Below the pieces are notes generated by a model. It was given only the letters and a program-made list of their open reading frames with translations. It was not told the DNA's origin and did not search any database. Positions 26,007-36,132 of a stretch of DNA of 47,757 nt are shown in pieces. The stretch is from the IMG/VR virus record IMGVR_UViG_2529292906_000010, one strand, 5' to 3'. Made by a program: the position numbers and the translations under genes. Source of the stretch: a virus (lineage: Duplodnaviria > Heunggongvirae > Uroviricota > Caudoviricetes). Within the stretch, counting starts at the first letter, position 1. Every line of letters begins with the position of its first letter.

Positions 26007-26726
26007 GTGGCTGACAGAATTGAGATAAAGATGGATTTTTCTTCTCAGGATATTCAACGACAACTCCAGCGCCTTGAAGAACGCGAATTGCCGTTCGCAA
26101 TGGCGCTTGCGGCAACCAGAACGGCAAAGGCTTCTCAGGCTGCGATTAAGAATGAAATTAATCGGGTATTTGACAGGCCCACGCCGTGGATTCAGAACTC
26201 TACTTACGTTTTGGCCGCAAAGAAGAGTGATCCTACAGCCATTGTGTATGCTCGTGAATGGGGAGGAACGCCAGCCCCTGTAACGTTGACTCCGCAAATT
26301 GAAGGTGGCCAACGACAGTACAAACGCTCAGAAGGGGCGCTAAGGGCTGGTGGATATTTGCCTAACGGCTGGCAGCTTGCTCCTGGTCCCGGCGCAAAGC
26401 TGGACAAATACGGGAATATTTCGCGGGGGCAATTACAGAAGGTCTTATCTGGCCTAAGAGTTCAGCGAGATGCGCATCAAAATCGCCGTCAGGGCAAGCC
26501 TACGGAGTTTTTTGTTGTTCGACCTGGTACAGGTAACCCGCTTCAACCAGGCGTCTGGCAGCGCGTTGGGCGGCGTCCTACGTTGATCCTTACGTTTATC
26601 CAGCAACCTAACTATTCACAGCGTCTTGATTGGCATGGCGTGGCGCTGCGTGCTGGTGAGGATGCGTTTGCTGATGAAGTCACAAAGGCTATTGATGACA
26701 TTCTTTCTAAGACCTTCTCTCGTTAA
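26007..26726 (+). CDS. hypothetical protein
   Basis: 239-aa ORF with GTG start. Confidence 0.5.
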   Translation: MADRIEIKMDFSSQDIQRQLQRLEERELPFAMALAATRTAKASQAAIKNEINRVFDRPTPWIQNSTYVLAAKKSDPTAIVYAREWGGTPAPVTLTPQIEGGQRQYKRSEGALRAGGYLPNGWQLAPGPGAKLDKYGNISRGQLQKVLSGLRVQRDAHQNRRQGKPTEFFVVRPGTGNPLQPGVWQRVGRRPTLILTFIQQPNYSQRLDWHGVALRAGEDAFADEVTKAIDDILSKTFSR

Positions 26727-27283
26727 TCATCGTGTGGTTGATGGTGTTGTTATGCAGAGTGTATTCACTGTGTTCTGTAGCGTCGCTCGCTGGCTGTCTG
26801 TGGGGGAGCACGAGCATCGTTTCATCGTCCGGCAGAATTGGGTCCTTCTGGCCAAAAGCGTTGGATGCGGGTCATTCGAACCCCGATGTTCGGCTAGCTA
26901 AACGTGAAAAAAGTTAGGTTAAAAGTTGCGGTAAAAGAAATTTACTCATCTCATTGAAAAATATCGGGAAAACGTGATTTTTTGCTGTATTTGTGCTGGT
27001 AAAAAGAAAGTAGGAAATTTTCTTTTAGATCATCAAGATACGCGCAGATCTTTAACCAATGTGATGTTGTTCTGATAAAAATCGTTATAAATCATGTAAA
27101 TACATCCAATCTTTTAACCAAAACACCATCGCAAGATCCTTTTTACTTATAAAAACTTAATAAAATCAGATAATTATGCTGGTTTGTGTGATTTTTTATG
27201 AGTAAAAAGATCGTCATTTTTCTCTTTTAGTATCAATAAGTTAAACAGTTTTCTTTAACCTGTTGTGTTATGGCGGTTAAAAA

Positions 27284-27874
27284 ATGGCTCTAAAAATCGA
27301 ATATTTACCAGTCGGTAAGCTGCTCAGATATGCCAAAAATTCACGGACTCATTCAGATGAGCAAGTTGAACAGTTGGTGAACAGTATCCGTGAGTTCGGT
27401 TTCACTAATCCTGTGCTGATCGATGAAAAGAATGAACTGATTGCGGGGCATGGTCGGCTTGCAGCAGCCGAAATTCTGGAAATGGATAAAGTTCCGGCGA
27501 TTCGGTTGAGTAACCTTTCTGAAAAACAGAAGAAGGCTTACAGGATTGCAGATAACAAGCTGGCCTTAAATGCTGGTTGGGATATGCAGCTTCTGGCCGA
27601 AGAAGTCAAAGAGTTAATGGATGATGATTTTGATATTGATCTGCTTGGGTTTAATGATGCAGAGCTTGACGAAATGTTAAGCGATGAACAGCCGCAGGAA
27701 GAAGACGATAATTCTTCCCCTGTTGTTCAAATTAAGTACCTGGCTATTGATAAAGAACGTATTCCCGCGACGGATATGGAAATTGCATTGTTGCTGGATG
27801 TTTATCGTCAGTACCACGATGCGCATGAAACGCATGAGGGATTTGTTCAGTATCTTGCTAATGGTTGCAAGTAA
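27284..27874 (+). CDS. ParB/Srx-like nuclease-domain protein
   Basis: 196 aa; IAGHGRLAAA box; immediately upstream of terminase small subunit. Confidence 0.6.
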   Translation: MALKIEYLPVGKLLRYAKNSRTHSDEQVEQLVNSIREFGFTNPVLIDEKNELIAGHGRLAAAEILEMDKVPAIRLSNLSEKQKKAYRIADNKLALNAGWDMQLLAEEVKELMDDDFDIDLLGFNDAELDEMLSDEQPQEEDDNSSPVVQIKYLAIDKERIPATDMEIALLLDVYRQYHDAHETHEGFVQYLANGCK

Positions 27875-28425
27875 TGGCCATCGTCAGTAAGTCAGAGTTT
27901 GCCCGCCGGAAAGGTATTTCTCCGGCAATGGTTACGAAGCTCTGTCGTTCCGGTCGCATTCCAGTGCTGAAAAGCGGCAAGCTGGATTTTGATAAAGCCA
28001 GTGCGGCTTATGAAGCGAGCCGACAGGTTGGTCGTGAGGTATCTGCTGAAAATGGAAAAAGAGGGCATGGGATATCTTCGGAACAACCAGAGTTACCCGC
28101 TGATGATGTCGGATTAGCTGGTGGTACTTCCGGTGTTGCGGTGCAATTCAACAAGGCTAAGACCGCAGAAAAAATTTATCAGGCAAAGCTGAAACGCCTT
28201 GAATTTGAAGAAAAGGAAGGCTCTCTCATCGCTAAAGATACGGTCAGGGATGATGCATTTCTGGCAGCTAATGAATTGCGTAGCCGCTTATTTAGTATTG
28301 CTCCAAGAGCAGCTCCCCGTTGTGAAGGCAAAACAGCCAGGGAGATCGAACGCATTATTGAAGACGAGATTAATTTTGCGCTTCAGGCGCTCCAGGAATC
28401 CCGATTTATTAAGCAGGAAGAATAA
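27865..28425 (+). CDS. terminase small subunit
   Basis: N-terminal HTH (SKSEFARRKGISPAMVTKL); directly upstream of terminase large subunit; start may be ATG 27874. Confidence 0.6.
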   Translation: MQVMAIVSKSEFARRKGISPAMVTKLCRSGRIPVLKSGKLDFDKASAAYEASRQVGREVSAENGKRGHGISSEQPELPADDVGLAGGTSGVAVQFNKAKTAEKIYQAKLKRLEFEEKEGSLIAKDTVRDDAFLAANELRSRLFSIAPRAAPRCEGKTAREIERIIEDEINFALQALQESRFIKQEE

Positions 28426-28430
28426 ACCTC

Positions 28431-30287
28431 ATGGGCGAAACAGTATGGAGCACCGCTTTTTTCCGTGCGCTTCGCCCTAAATCACGGCTAACTGTTTCCG
28501 AATGGGCTGATAAGTATCGTCATGTAGCGCCGGGAACGTCTCCAGAGCCAGGGCCGTGGCGTACAAGCCGAGTGCCATATTTGCGTGAACCAATGGATGT
28601 TATTGGTGACGCTGATACAGAAACAGTAGTGATGCAATGTAGCTCGCAAATTGGTAAATCCGAATTACAGCTAAATGTTATGGGTTACTTTGCAGATCAG
28701 GAGCCATCTCCTCAGTTGATGATTTATCCAACGGTAGAGGCGGCTGAGGCTTTTTCAAAGGAGCGTATTGATCCGACGTTCAAATATTCCCCTGGTTTGA
28801 AACACAAGCTGCATGAAGGAAAAGAGGGGCGCGGTGCAGCCAAAAAGTCCAGCACGACTATACGTATGAAGCATTACGCTGGTGGATATATAGCACTTGT
28901 TGGTGCTAATTCCCCAGCAGGTCTTGCATCCAGGCCAATTCGAATACTGTTAGCTGATGAGATTGATCGTTACGGTGTGACGCAGGAGGGCGACCCACTA
29001 AAACTAGGTATTCAGCGTACTACCAACTTTCATAATCGTAAGAAAGTTTTTGTTTCTACTCCTGTTTTTGAGGAAACGAGCAAAATCCACAAGTGGTTTA
29101 AGCTCTCCGATCAGCGTTACTACCATGTTCCTTGCCCATGTTGTGGCACCATGCAGGTGATGAAATGGTCGCAAGTCAGATGGGATAAGAGCGATTCAGG
29201 TGAGGCGTTACCGGAAACGGCCAGATATGAGTGCTGTGAGTGCGGCGGGATTATGCGCGGATCTGGTAAACCAGACGTTGATTGGTTGGCAAAGGGGGTA
29301 TGGATAGCTGAACATACTGGAGTTAAAGGTATTGTTGGTTTTCATATTAACAGTCTTTACTCCCCGTGGGTTGCATTGTCAGAGCTGGTTGAAGAATTTA
29401 CGGAAGCAACCAGAAACCGCGATAAAAATGGATTAATGGAGTTTATTAACCTTAAGCTGGGTGAGCCATGGAAAGAGGATGCTAAAGACGATATCGATCC
29501 TGAATACTTGTTGCAACGCAGAATAAGGTTTGAAGAGTTTTTACCAGATGATGTTTTATTGTTAAGTGCTGGTGTTGACGTACAGGACACGTATTTAGTT
29601 TGTGAATTGGTCGGTTGGGGAAAAGGTAAGGAGTCATGGGGGATAGAATATAAAATATTCCCAGGTGATCCCGCACAAGATGTTGTCTGGAAACAACTTG
29701 ATGAATACTTACTCCGTAGCTGGTCATTCCGTGACGGTCGAAAATTACAGATTTCTTCTGTTTGTATTGACTCTGGTGGGCATTTTACGACAGAGGTATA
29801 TCGCTTCACTAAGCTGAGAGAATCAAGGCGAATATACTCTATCAGGGGGCGTGGTGGGGTAGGTTTACCATTTATAGGAAAGCCAAGTAATAATAACCGT
29901 GTGGGTGCTATGTTGTTTAATTTGGGGGTTGATGATGGTAAAGGGACCATCATGGCAAGAATTAAACTACATGATCCTGGTCCTGGTTATATGCATTTCC
30001 CATTAGATTCTGACAGAGGATATGATACCGAATACTTTAAAGGATTATTATCAGAGAAAAAAATATTTGAATATAAAAATGGGCAGACAAAAGAAAAGTG
30101 GGTGAAAGTCTACGAGCGTAACGAGCCTCTTGATTGCCGTAACTATGCAACTGCCGCGATGGAAATTCTGAACCCTAATTTTAACTGGCTTGCCGAACAG
30201 GAAATGCGAGGTAATGTGTATGTGCAGAACTCGTCAGGTATACGTAGAAGACGCCGTAGAGTTATAAGTAAAGGCGTAAACATATAG
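28431..30287 (+). CDS. terminase large subunit (lambda gpA family)
   Basis: 618 aa; position and length typical of gpA-type terminase. Confidence 0.85.
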   Translation: MGETVWSTAFFRALRPKSRLTVSEWADKYRHVAPGTSPEPGPWRTSRVPYLREPMDVIGDADTETVVMQCSSQIGKSELQLNVMGYFADQEPSPQLMIYPTVEAAEAFSKERIDPTFKYSPGLKHKLHEGKEGRGAAKKSSTTIRMKHYAGGYIALVGANSPAGLASRPIRILLADEIDRYGVTQEGDPLKLGIQRTTNFHNRKKVFVSTPVFEETSKIHKWFKLSDQRYYHVPCPCCGTMQVMKWSQVRWDKSDSGEALPETARYECCECGGIMRGSGKPDVDWLAKGVWIAEHTGVKGIVGFHINSLYSPWVALSELVEEFTEATRNRDKNGLMEFINLKLGEPWKEDAKDDIDPEYLLQRRIRFEEFLPDDVLLLSAGVDVQDTYLVCELVGWGKGKESWGIEYKIFPGDPAQDVVWKQLDEYLLRSWSFRDGRKLQISSVCIDSGGHFTTEVYRFTKLRESRRIYSIRGRGGVGLPFIGKPSNNNRVGAMLFNLGVDDGKGTIMARIKLHDPGPGYMHFPLDSDRGYDTEYFKGLLSEKKIFEYKNGQTKEKWVKVYERNEPLDCRNYATAAMEILNPNFNWLAEQEMRGNVYVQNSSGIRRRRRRVISKGVNI

Positions 30288-30298
30288 AGGAAATATAA

Positions 30299-30538
30299 AT
30301 GAACAATGAAGCATTTTCTCTGACTGAAGCCAGAGAGATGTTATCTGTCTGGCGGGAAGCATATCGCGCTATTGCTATTGGCGGTCAGTCATATAAATTT
30401 GGTACGCGGCAGTTAACTCGTGCGGATTTATCAGAAGTCAGAAAAGAGATGGATTACTGGCGTAATGAAGTAGAAAGATTATCAGCAGGTATACGCCGAG
30501 GCCCACGAATTAAACGAGTGGTGATAAGAGATTTATGA
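30299..30538 (+). CDS. head-tail joining protein (lambda gpW-like)
   Basis: 79 aa between terminase and portal; RRGP motif near C-terminus. Confidence 0.65.
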   Translation: MNNEAFSLTEAREMLSVWREAYRAIAIGGQSYKFGTRQLTRADLSEVRKEMDYWRNEVERLSAGIRRGPRIKRVVIRDL

Positions 30539-32108
30539 ATATTCTTGATCGAGTTATTGCACCGTTTTCACCTCAGAGGGCATTAAATCGAGCTTTGGCA
30601 AGAAAACGGTTAGAAGCACTTGAAGGTATTAATAACCTTGGATATTCACGTCATGGTGCAAGCACTCATAAAAAATCATTAAGGGGTTGGTTTAGTAAAG
30701 CTGGTTCTCCTGATGAGGATATTGTTAAAAATATAGATAAATTGCGTGAGCGTTCTCGTGATCTCTTCATGGGAAACCCGCTATCGGTTGGCGCAATAAA
30801 AACTATCAGGACAAACGTTGTTGGTTCCGGTTTAAAACTAAATGCGAACATTGATGCCGATTTCTTGGGGATGACGCAGGAAGAAGCGCGAGCATGGGAA
30901 AAACATGTTGAGCGTGAGTTTAGATTATGGGCTGATTCTCCAAATTGTGATGCATCAAGAATGTGTACTTTTGGACAATTGCAATCATTGGTTCAAATAT
31001 CTGCGTTAACATCTGGCGATATATTTGCTGCGCTACCAGTTATTAAGCGTAATGGTGTTATATATGATTTGTGCGTCTATTTAATTGAAGGTGATCGTGT
31101 TTGCAATCCAGAGGATCGTTTTATACCAAATCTTTACGGTGGCGTAGAGGTTGGTGAATTTAGCGAGCCTGTGGCGTACTGGGTTGCAAAACATCACCCA
31201 GCCGGGACTTCTGGTTTTGTAACCCGCAAGTGGGAACGTATTCCCGCATATGGGAGTAAAACAGGAAGAAGAAATATTCTGCATGTCATGCAGGATTTTG
31301 AAAGGCCTGGGCAACGCCGTGGCGTTCCTGTCCTTGCTCCTGTAATTGAAGCATTGAAGCAGTTAGGACGATACACCGATGCTGAATTGGTTGCTGCGGT
31401 TGTGTCAGGGATGTTTACTGTCTTTATTAAAACAGACGCTCCTGATGGACCAGTCGGTGAATCGGGTATCCCTCAGTACGAGCAGATCGATAACCATGAT
31501 GATAACACCCAAGAAATGGGGAATGGCTCCATAGTAAGTTTGGGTGAAGGTGAGTCGATAGATACAGCAAATCCCGGGCGACCAAATACGGCATTTGATG
31601 GTTTTGTTGTCGCCATATGCCGTCAAATTGGGGCTGCTTTAGAACTCCCTTACGAACTCTTGGTAAAGCATTTTACAGCAAGTTATAGCGCAAGCAGGGC
31701 CGCATTACTTGAAGCCTGGAAAATGTTCCGTATGCGACGTGACTGGATGGTTCAGTCATTTTGCCAACCGATCTATGAGGAATGGTTGGCCGAAGCCGTT
31801 GCTAAAGGTCGTGTTATTGCCCCTGGTTTTTTTATGGGCCTGAATATCGCTCTGCATGGAGTGGCGCTCAATGGTATGGCCCATCACAAGGCCAATTAGA
31901 TCCCCTTAAAGAAGTCAAAGCTGCAAAACTGCGTGTTGAGGAAACATTCTCTACCCGTGAAAAGGAAGCGGCTGAAATGTCAGGTCTTAACTGGGAAGAA
32001 ACCGCACAAATCTGTGGCAGAGAAGAGAATGCTCGCCGTGAGTTGGGGCTTATTACACCTCCTGTTTCTGAGGTAAATGAACAAAATATGGAGACTGATG
32101 ATGCCTAA
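30535..32108 (+). CDS. portal protein (lambda gpB family); frame interrupted near 31888-31897
   Basis: 454-aa ORF ends at TAG 31897-31899; the -1 frame stays open from 31806 to TAA 32106-32108 and reaches the protease start. Confidence 0.7.
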
Positions 32109-33165
32109 TTGGTGGGAAATAAAAAATAGCACGGGTGAAGATGACTCTCCGGCTGAACTTTTAATTTACGGGTATATTGGTGAATTTGATGAGGTTTCTT
32201 CTTCTGACATAGTTAATAAATTAAAGGATATTTCATCAAATACTATCAGCGTAAAAATTAATAGTTATGGTGGTTCTGTTTTTACTGCTCAAGCTATTCT
32301 TTCATCATTAAAGCGTCATAAGGCGAATATTACGGTTTATATCGACGGGATTGCTGCATCGGCTGCAACCATTATTGCAATGGCGGGTGATAAAATTATT
32401 ATCCCATCTAATGCTATGATGATGATCCATAATCCATGGACATTTGCTGCTGGCGATGCGGATGAATTGCGTGATATTGCTGAGATGATGGATAAGATAC
32501 GAAATAGTATTTTATCTGCATATAAGGAGAAAACAGGGCTTTCTGAGGATAAATTAATTGAACTAATGGATCAGGAAACATGGCTAAATGCAGAAGAGGC
32601 TGTAGAGCTTGGATTTGCTGACGAAGTTGAAAAACCTATGCGCTTATCCGCTTCTATAAAGGAAGGGATGCTTTCGCTTAATGGAATAACTTTTGAAGCA
32701 TCAAGGTTTTCAAAATTACCTGATTCACTCGCAAAGTTGCCGCAAAATAAAAATGAGTTATCTACTGAATCAAATGAACAAAATGAGGACGATATTGTGA
32801 CTCTTGATGAATTAAAAAACAAATATCCAGAATTATACAATCAGGTTTTTAATGCTGGTAAAGACGAGGGCGTTAAATCAGAACGCGAGCGCATTGAAAC
32901 AATCGAGAATAGCGTGATTCCTGGTCATGACGACCTGGTTAAGAATGCAAAATTCAAAACAGGAGTTTCTGCGGCTGACCTTGCTTTGGAAATTATGAAT
33001 GCAGAGCGAGCGCGTAACAAAAACTTTCTTAATCAACGGCAAGAAGACGCAAGTGAGGTGAATGATTCAGTTGATGTTAATCAACCAGAAAACAACGGCA
33101 ACAAACAGGCTGAAGCAGTAAAAAATGTTATTGGGTCAGTATTTAAAAACCGCGATAAAAATTAA
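32098..33165 (+). CDS. prohead protease, ClpP-like, with C-terminal scaffold-like extension
   Basis: ClpP-like motifs (NSYGGSV, GIAASAA, MMIHNPW); acidic/coiled C-terminal half. Confidence 0.8.
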   Translation: MMPNWWEIKNSTGEDDSPAELLIYGYIGEFDEVSSSDIVNKLKDISSNTISVKINSYGGSVFTAQAILSSLKRHKANITVYIDGIAASAATIIAMAGDKIIIPSNAMMMIHNPWTFAAGDADELRDIAEMMDKIRNSILSAYKEKTGLSEDKLIELMDQETWLNAEEAVELGFADEVEKPMRLSASIKEGMLSLNGITFEASRFSKLPDSLAKLPQNKNELSTESNEQNEDDIVTLDELKNKYPELYNQVFNAGKDEGVKSERERIETIENSVIPGHDDLVKNAKFKTGVSAADLALEIMNAERARNKNFLNQRQEDASEVNDSVDVNQPENNGNKQAEAVKNVIGSVFKNRDKN

Positions 33166-33174
33166 GGTGAGTTT

Positions 33175-33558
33175 ATGCGAGAGTCTTTTTCATTTGAACC
33201 AGATAATCTGATTATTTCTGGTGGTATGCCAGCAATTCCAACAAGTATTAAACTTGCCAGCGGTAAAGTAAAACGAGGTGAGTTACTTGCTTTTGTCAGT
33301 ATTGATCAGACAACAAATGTTGTCACTGTGGCTCCGATAAATCTCTCTGGAGAGGGAGTGGCAAAAGAACCGTATTGTATTGCTCAACACAGTATTGATG
33401 CGACTGATTCAGCGCAAGTAGGAACAGCATGGTTGACCGGAATGTTCAATGCACGTGCGGTTATCCTTCCTGAATCAGCAAAGGTTGCCGATGTATATCT
33501 GGCTTGCCGGAAGGTTGGAATATTCCTTAATACCGCACAACAAAATCCATCTGCATAA
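33175..33558 (+). CDS. head decoration protein (lambda gpD-like), tentative
   Basis: 127 aa between protease and major capsid gene. Confidence 0.45.
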   Translation: MRESFSFEPDNLIISGGMPAIPTSIKLASGKVKRGELLAFVSIDQTTNVVTVAPINLSGEGVAKEPYCIAQHSIDATDSAQVGTAWLTGMFNARAVILPESAKVADVYLACRKVGIFLNTAQQNPSA

Positions 33559-33578
33559 TATAAAGAGGTCGTATTTTT

Positions 33579-34622
33579 ATGCCGAATATTGATATTTTTG
33601 AACGACGTACAATGCTTGAGCCTGTTATTCAGAATTTCAAGGCTCGTCGTTTTCTTCTTCGTACTTTTTTTCCTGGTGTTCAGACCTTTAATACAAAGAA
33701 AGTTGATCTGGATTTTGTTCGCGGTGGCCGTACTATGGCTCCGTTTGTTGGTAAAGGTTTTGGCTCAAAAACCGTTGAGCGACGCGGCTTTGTAACGAGA
33801 ACTCTGGAGCCACCACTTGTTGCACCTGATTTGGTAACAACAGCAGAGCTGCTTTTAAACAGGCTTCCGGGTGAGAATATTTACAACGCAAAATCGCCAG
33901 CAGAACGAGCCGCCGAGCAATTAGGTAAAGATTTGCTTGAGCTTGATGAAATGGTTAACCGCCGTGAAGAATGGATGTGTGCACAAGTCTTGTTTACGGG
34001 GCAGGTTGATATTGTTGGTGAAGGAGTGGATGACACAGTTTATTTTTGGCCTGAAGAGGAAGGAGATAAACCATATCTTGAACTGACAGGTGATGATTTA
34101 TGGAGTGCAGCAAACTCAGATCCGTTAGTCAATGTTCGCAACTGGAAACGTCGGGTATCACTAACTTCAGGTTTTACACCTCGTGTTGCCGTAATGGGCG
34201 CAAAAGTTGTTGATGCCTTCGTTAAAAATGAAGCAGTAACTAAATATCTTGATAATCGCCGAAAAGAGCTTGGGTATATTGAGCCTAAGGAGTTAGAAGA
34301 AGGCGTAACTCATTATGGCAATCTTGAAGGTGTCGATTTTTATGGTTACGACGAACTTATTCGCAATGATAAAACAGGAAAACCAGAACCATTAGTACCG
34401 GAAGATAAGATCCTCTTTGGCTCTCCTGGTCGAGGAACGATGCTGTATGGTGCTGTAGAGCTTGTAGATGACGCCGAAAAGACTCTAACGATTGTTGAGT
34501 CACCACGAGTTCCAGACACCTGGGTAACTCGTAAGCCGGCTGGCCGTTATGTTGCCATGAAGTCATCTCCACTGCCTAATCCTGGTGTGGCTGATGCCTA
34601 TCTGGTGGCTAAGGTGGTTTAA
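33579..34622 (+). CDS. major capsid protein (lambda gpE family)
   Basis: 347 aa; N-terminal FLLRTFFPGVQTF resembles gpE FLRLFFRESYPF as recalled. Confidence 0.85.
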   Translation: MPNIDIFERRTMLEPVIQNFKARRFLLRTFFPGVQTFNTKKVDLDFVRGGRTMAPFVGKGFGSKTVERRGFVTRTLEPPLVAPDLVTTAELLLNRLPGENIYNAKSPAERAAEQLGKDLLELDEMVNRREEWMCAQVLFTGQVDIVGEGVDDTVYFWPEEEGDKPYLELTGDDLWSAANSDPLVNVRNWKRRVSLTSGFTPRVAVMGAKVVDAFVKNEAVTKYLDNRRKELGYIEPKELEEGVTHYGNLEGVDFYGYDELIRNDKTGKPEPLVPEDKILFGSPGRGTMLYGAVELVDDAEKTLTIVESPRVPDTWVTRKPAGRYVAMKSSPLPNPGVADAYLVAKVV

Positions 34623-35015
34623 ATGGCCAGACTGATTAAAAACATTGATACGATAAGCCACGGCTCGCTAAAAGCGGGCCGTTTGCTTAATGGGCTAATG
34701 GATAACTCCAGAATTGCCGAACTGATTGCGTCAGGACATGCTATTGCCACCGAAGAGGATGGTGATTTGGCATCGGCTGGGGGCTATGATGCTGCTAAGT
34801 TAGCTTTTGAGCATGGATACGCATCTGCTGTTAATGATGCTGTGGACGCGGGGTTGATTACGCGAACGGAGGCGGGTAGCTGTGTATTCGAGGTTGAGTT
34901 TGAGGATGATGGCGGCAATGAGGAAACGGTTGCTGATGATTCATCTGAATCTGTAGCTACTTCTGATACCAGTAATGCGAAAAAATCAACGCAAAAAAAA
35001 GGTAATAAGAAGTAA
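34623..35015 (+). CDS. hypothetical head-associated protein
   Basis: 130 aa, acidic C-terminal tail. Confidence 0.45.
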   Translation: MARLIKNIDTISHGSLKAGRLLNGLMDNSRIAELIASGHAIATEEDGDLASAGGYDAAKLAFEHGYASAVNDAVDAGLITRTEAGSCVFEVEFEDDGGNEETVADDSSESVATSDTSNAKKSTQKKGNKK

Positions 35016-35359
35016 TGAACTCATTCAAAGAGGTTATAGCGCAAGATATTTCTGCAATATTCCTCAATGAAAAAGAGTTTGCCGATACATATAACATAGA
35101 CGGCAAGGATATCCTTGCCGTTATTGATACAGACCTTATTCATGAGCGGAATAAACGCTCATATGCTGAGTTTGCAGAGGGAATAAATCAGGGGCAAATA
35201 ATATTATTTGTTTCAAGAAAAGATTTTCCTGTTCTCCCTGTCAAAGACCAGTCAATGAAAATCAACGGTAAAAATTATATTGTTGATGAAGTATCAGATA
35301 ATGTTGGTGTATTGGAAATAACTCTCACTGTTAATACTAACAGAGGAATGCCGATTTGA
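35015..35359 (+). CDS. putative head-tail connector/completion protein
   Basis: 114 aa; assigned by position. Confidence 0.4.
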   Translation: MNSFKEVIAQDISAIFLNEKEFADTYNIDGKDILAVIDTDLIHERNKRSYAEFAEGINQGQIILFVSRKDFPVLPVKDQSMKINGKNYIVDEVSDNVGVLEITLTVNTNRGMPI

Positions 35360-35841
35360 TTAATCTTTTGATAGATGCAATAAAAAATCGGTTGGAACAT
35401 GAGGTTTTCCATGATTTATTAGTGCAGGGACCTCCTTATGATGAAACAGACAGCGATATTAAATTGTTTGTTCCAACAATATTTAAAGGGTACTTGCCTC
35501 CTAAATCACAACCATCTCCAGATAAACCGCCAGAATTTCCTCATGTGATTATCAGGCCCACGGAAGGAGGAATGCAGCCTGAAACGGATGAAGTTAAGGT
35601 TAAGTTTCTTCTAGGTGGTTTTTGTGAGGACCATACTGGATATGAATGGGTAATGGCTCTTCTTGAAAGGATGATGTTTCATTTTCAGGAGAAGCCTTTA
35701 CTTGAAGAGAAATTTCTCTTTCAGGGCGATATCAGATGGCGAATGTTTGATGATCAACCGTATCCATATTGGATAACGGAAGCAACTGGAACGTGGATAG
35801 TATTAAAGCCTCAGAATATTCAGTCTCAGGAGTTTATCTAA
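35356..35841 (+). CDS. putative head-tail/tail completion protein
   Basis: 161 aa; TTG start overlapping upstream stop. Confidence 0.4.
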   Translation: MINLLIDAIKNRLEHEVFHDLLVQGPPYDETDSDIKLFVPTIFKGYLPPKSQPSPDKPPEFPHVIIRPTEGGMQPETDEVKVKFLLGGFCEDHTGYEWVMALLERMMFHFQEKPLLEEKFLFQGDIRWRMFDDQPYPYWITEATGTWIVLKPQNIQSQEFI

Positions 35842-36132
35842 ATGGCTAATAAGAAAAGTAGTAAAGAAGATATAGAAAAGAAGGAAGATGTTGCTCAAAC
35901 ATTTGTATATATAGGACCAACAATCCCTCAACTCTCAATTTTGAAGCATAAACTATTTAAGAATGGCTTATCTCCAGAGTGTAAAAAATTAATATCACAT
36001 ATTCCTGGTGCAAAGTGTTTGTTTGTGGCAACCAGTGATTTTGCAGATGCAGAGAAAAGACTTTCTGATAAAACCAGTGTCGAGTATGTAATGTACTCTA
36101 GAGTTTCTTCTTCTATCATGGAGATTAAATAA
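35842..36132 (+). CDS. hypothetical structural-module protein
   Basis: 96-aa ORF before sheath gene. Confidence 0.4.
   Translation: MANKKSSKEDIEKKEDVAQTFVYIGPTIPQLSILKHKLFKNGLSPECKKLISHIPGAKCLFVATSDFADAEKRLSDKTSVEYVMYSRVSSSIMEIK

Noticed and set aside
29357-29953. Long antisense ORFs inside the terminase, tape-measure and other structural genes (e.g. 29357-29953, 39741-39992, 40878-41132)
   Set aside because: They lie opposite strongly supported structural genes and have no start context.
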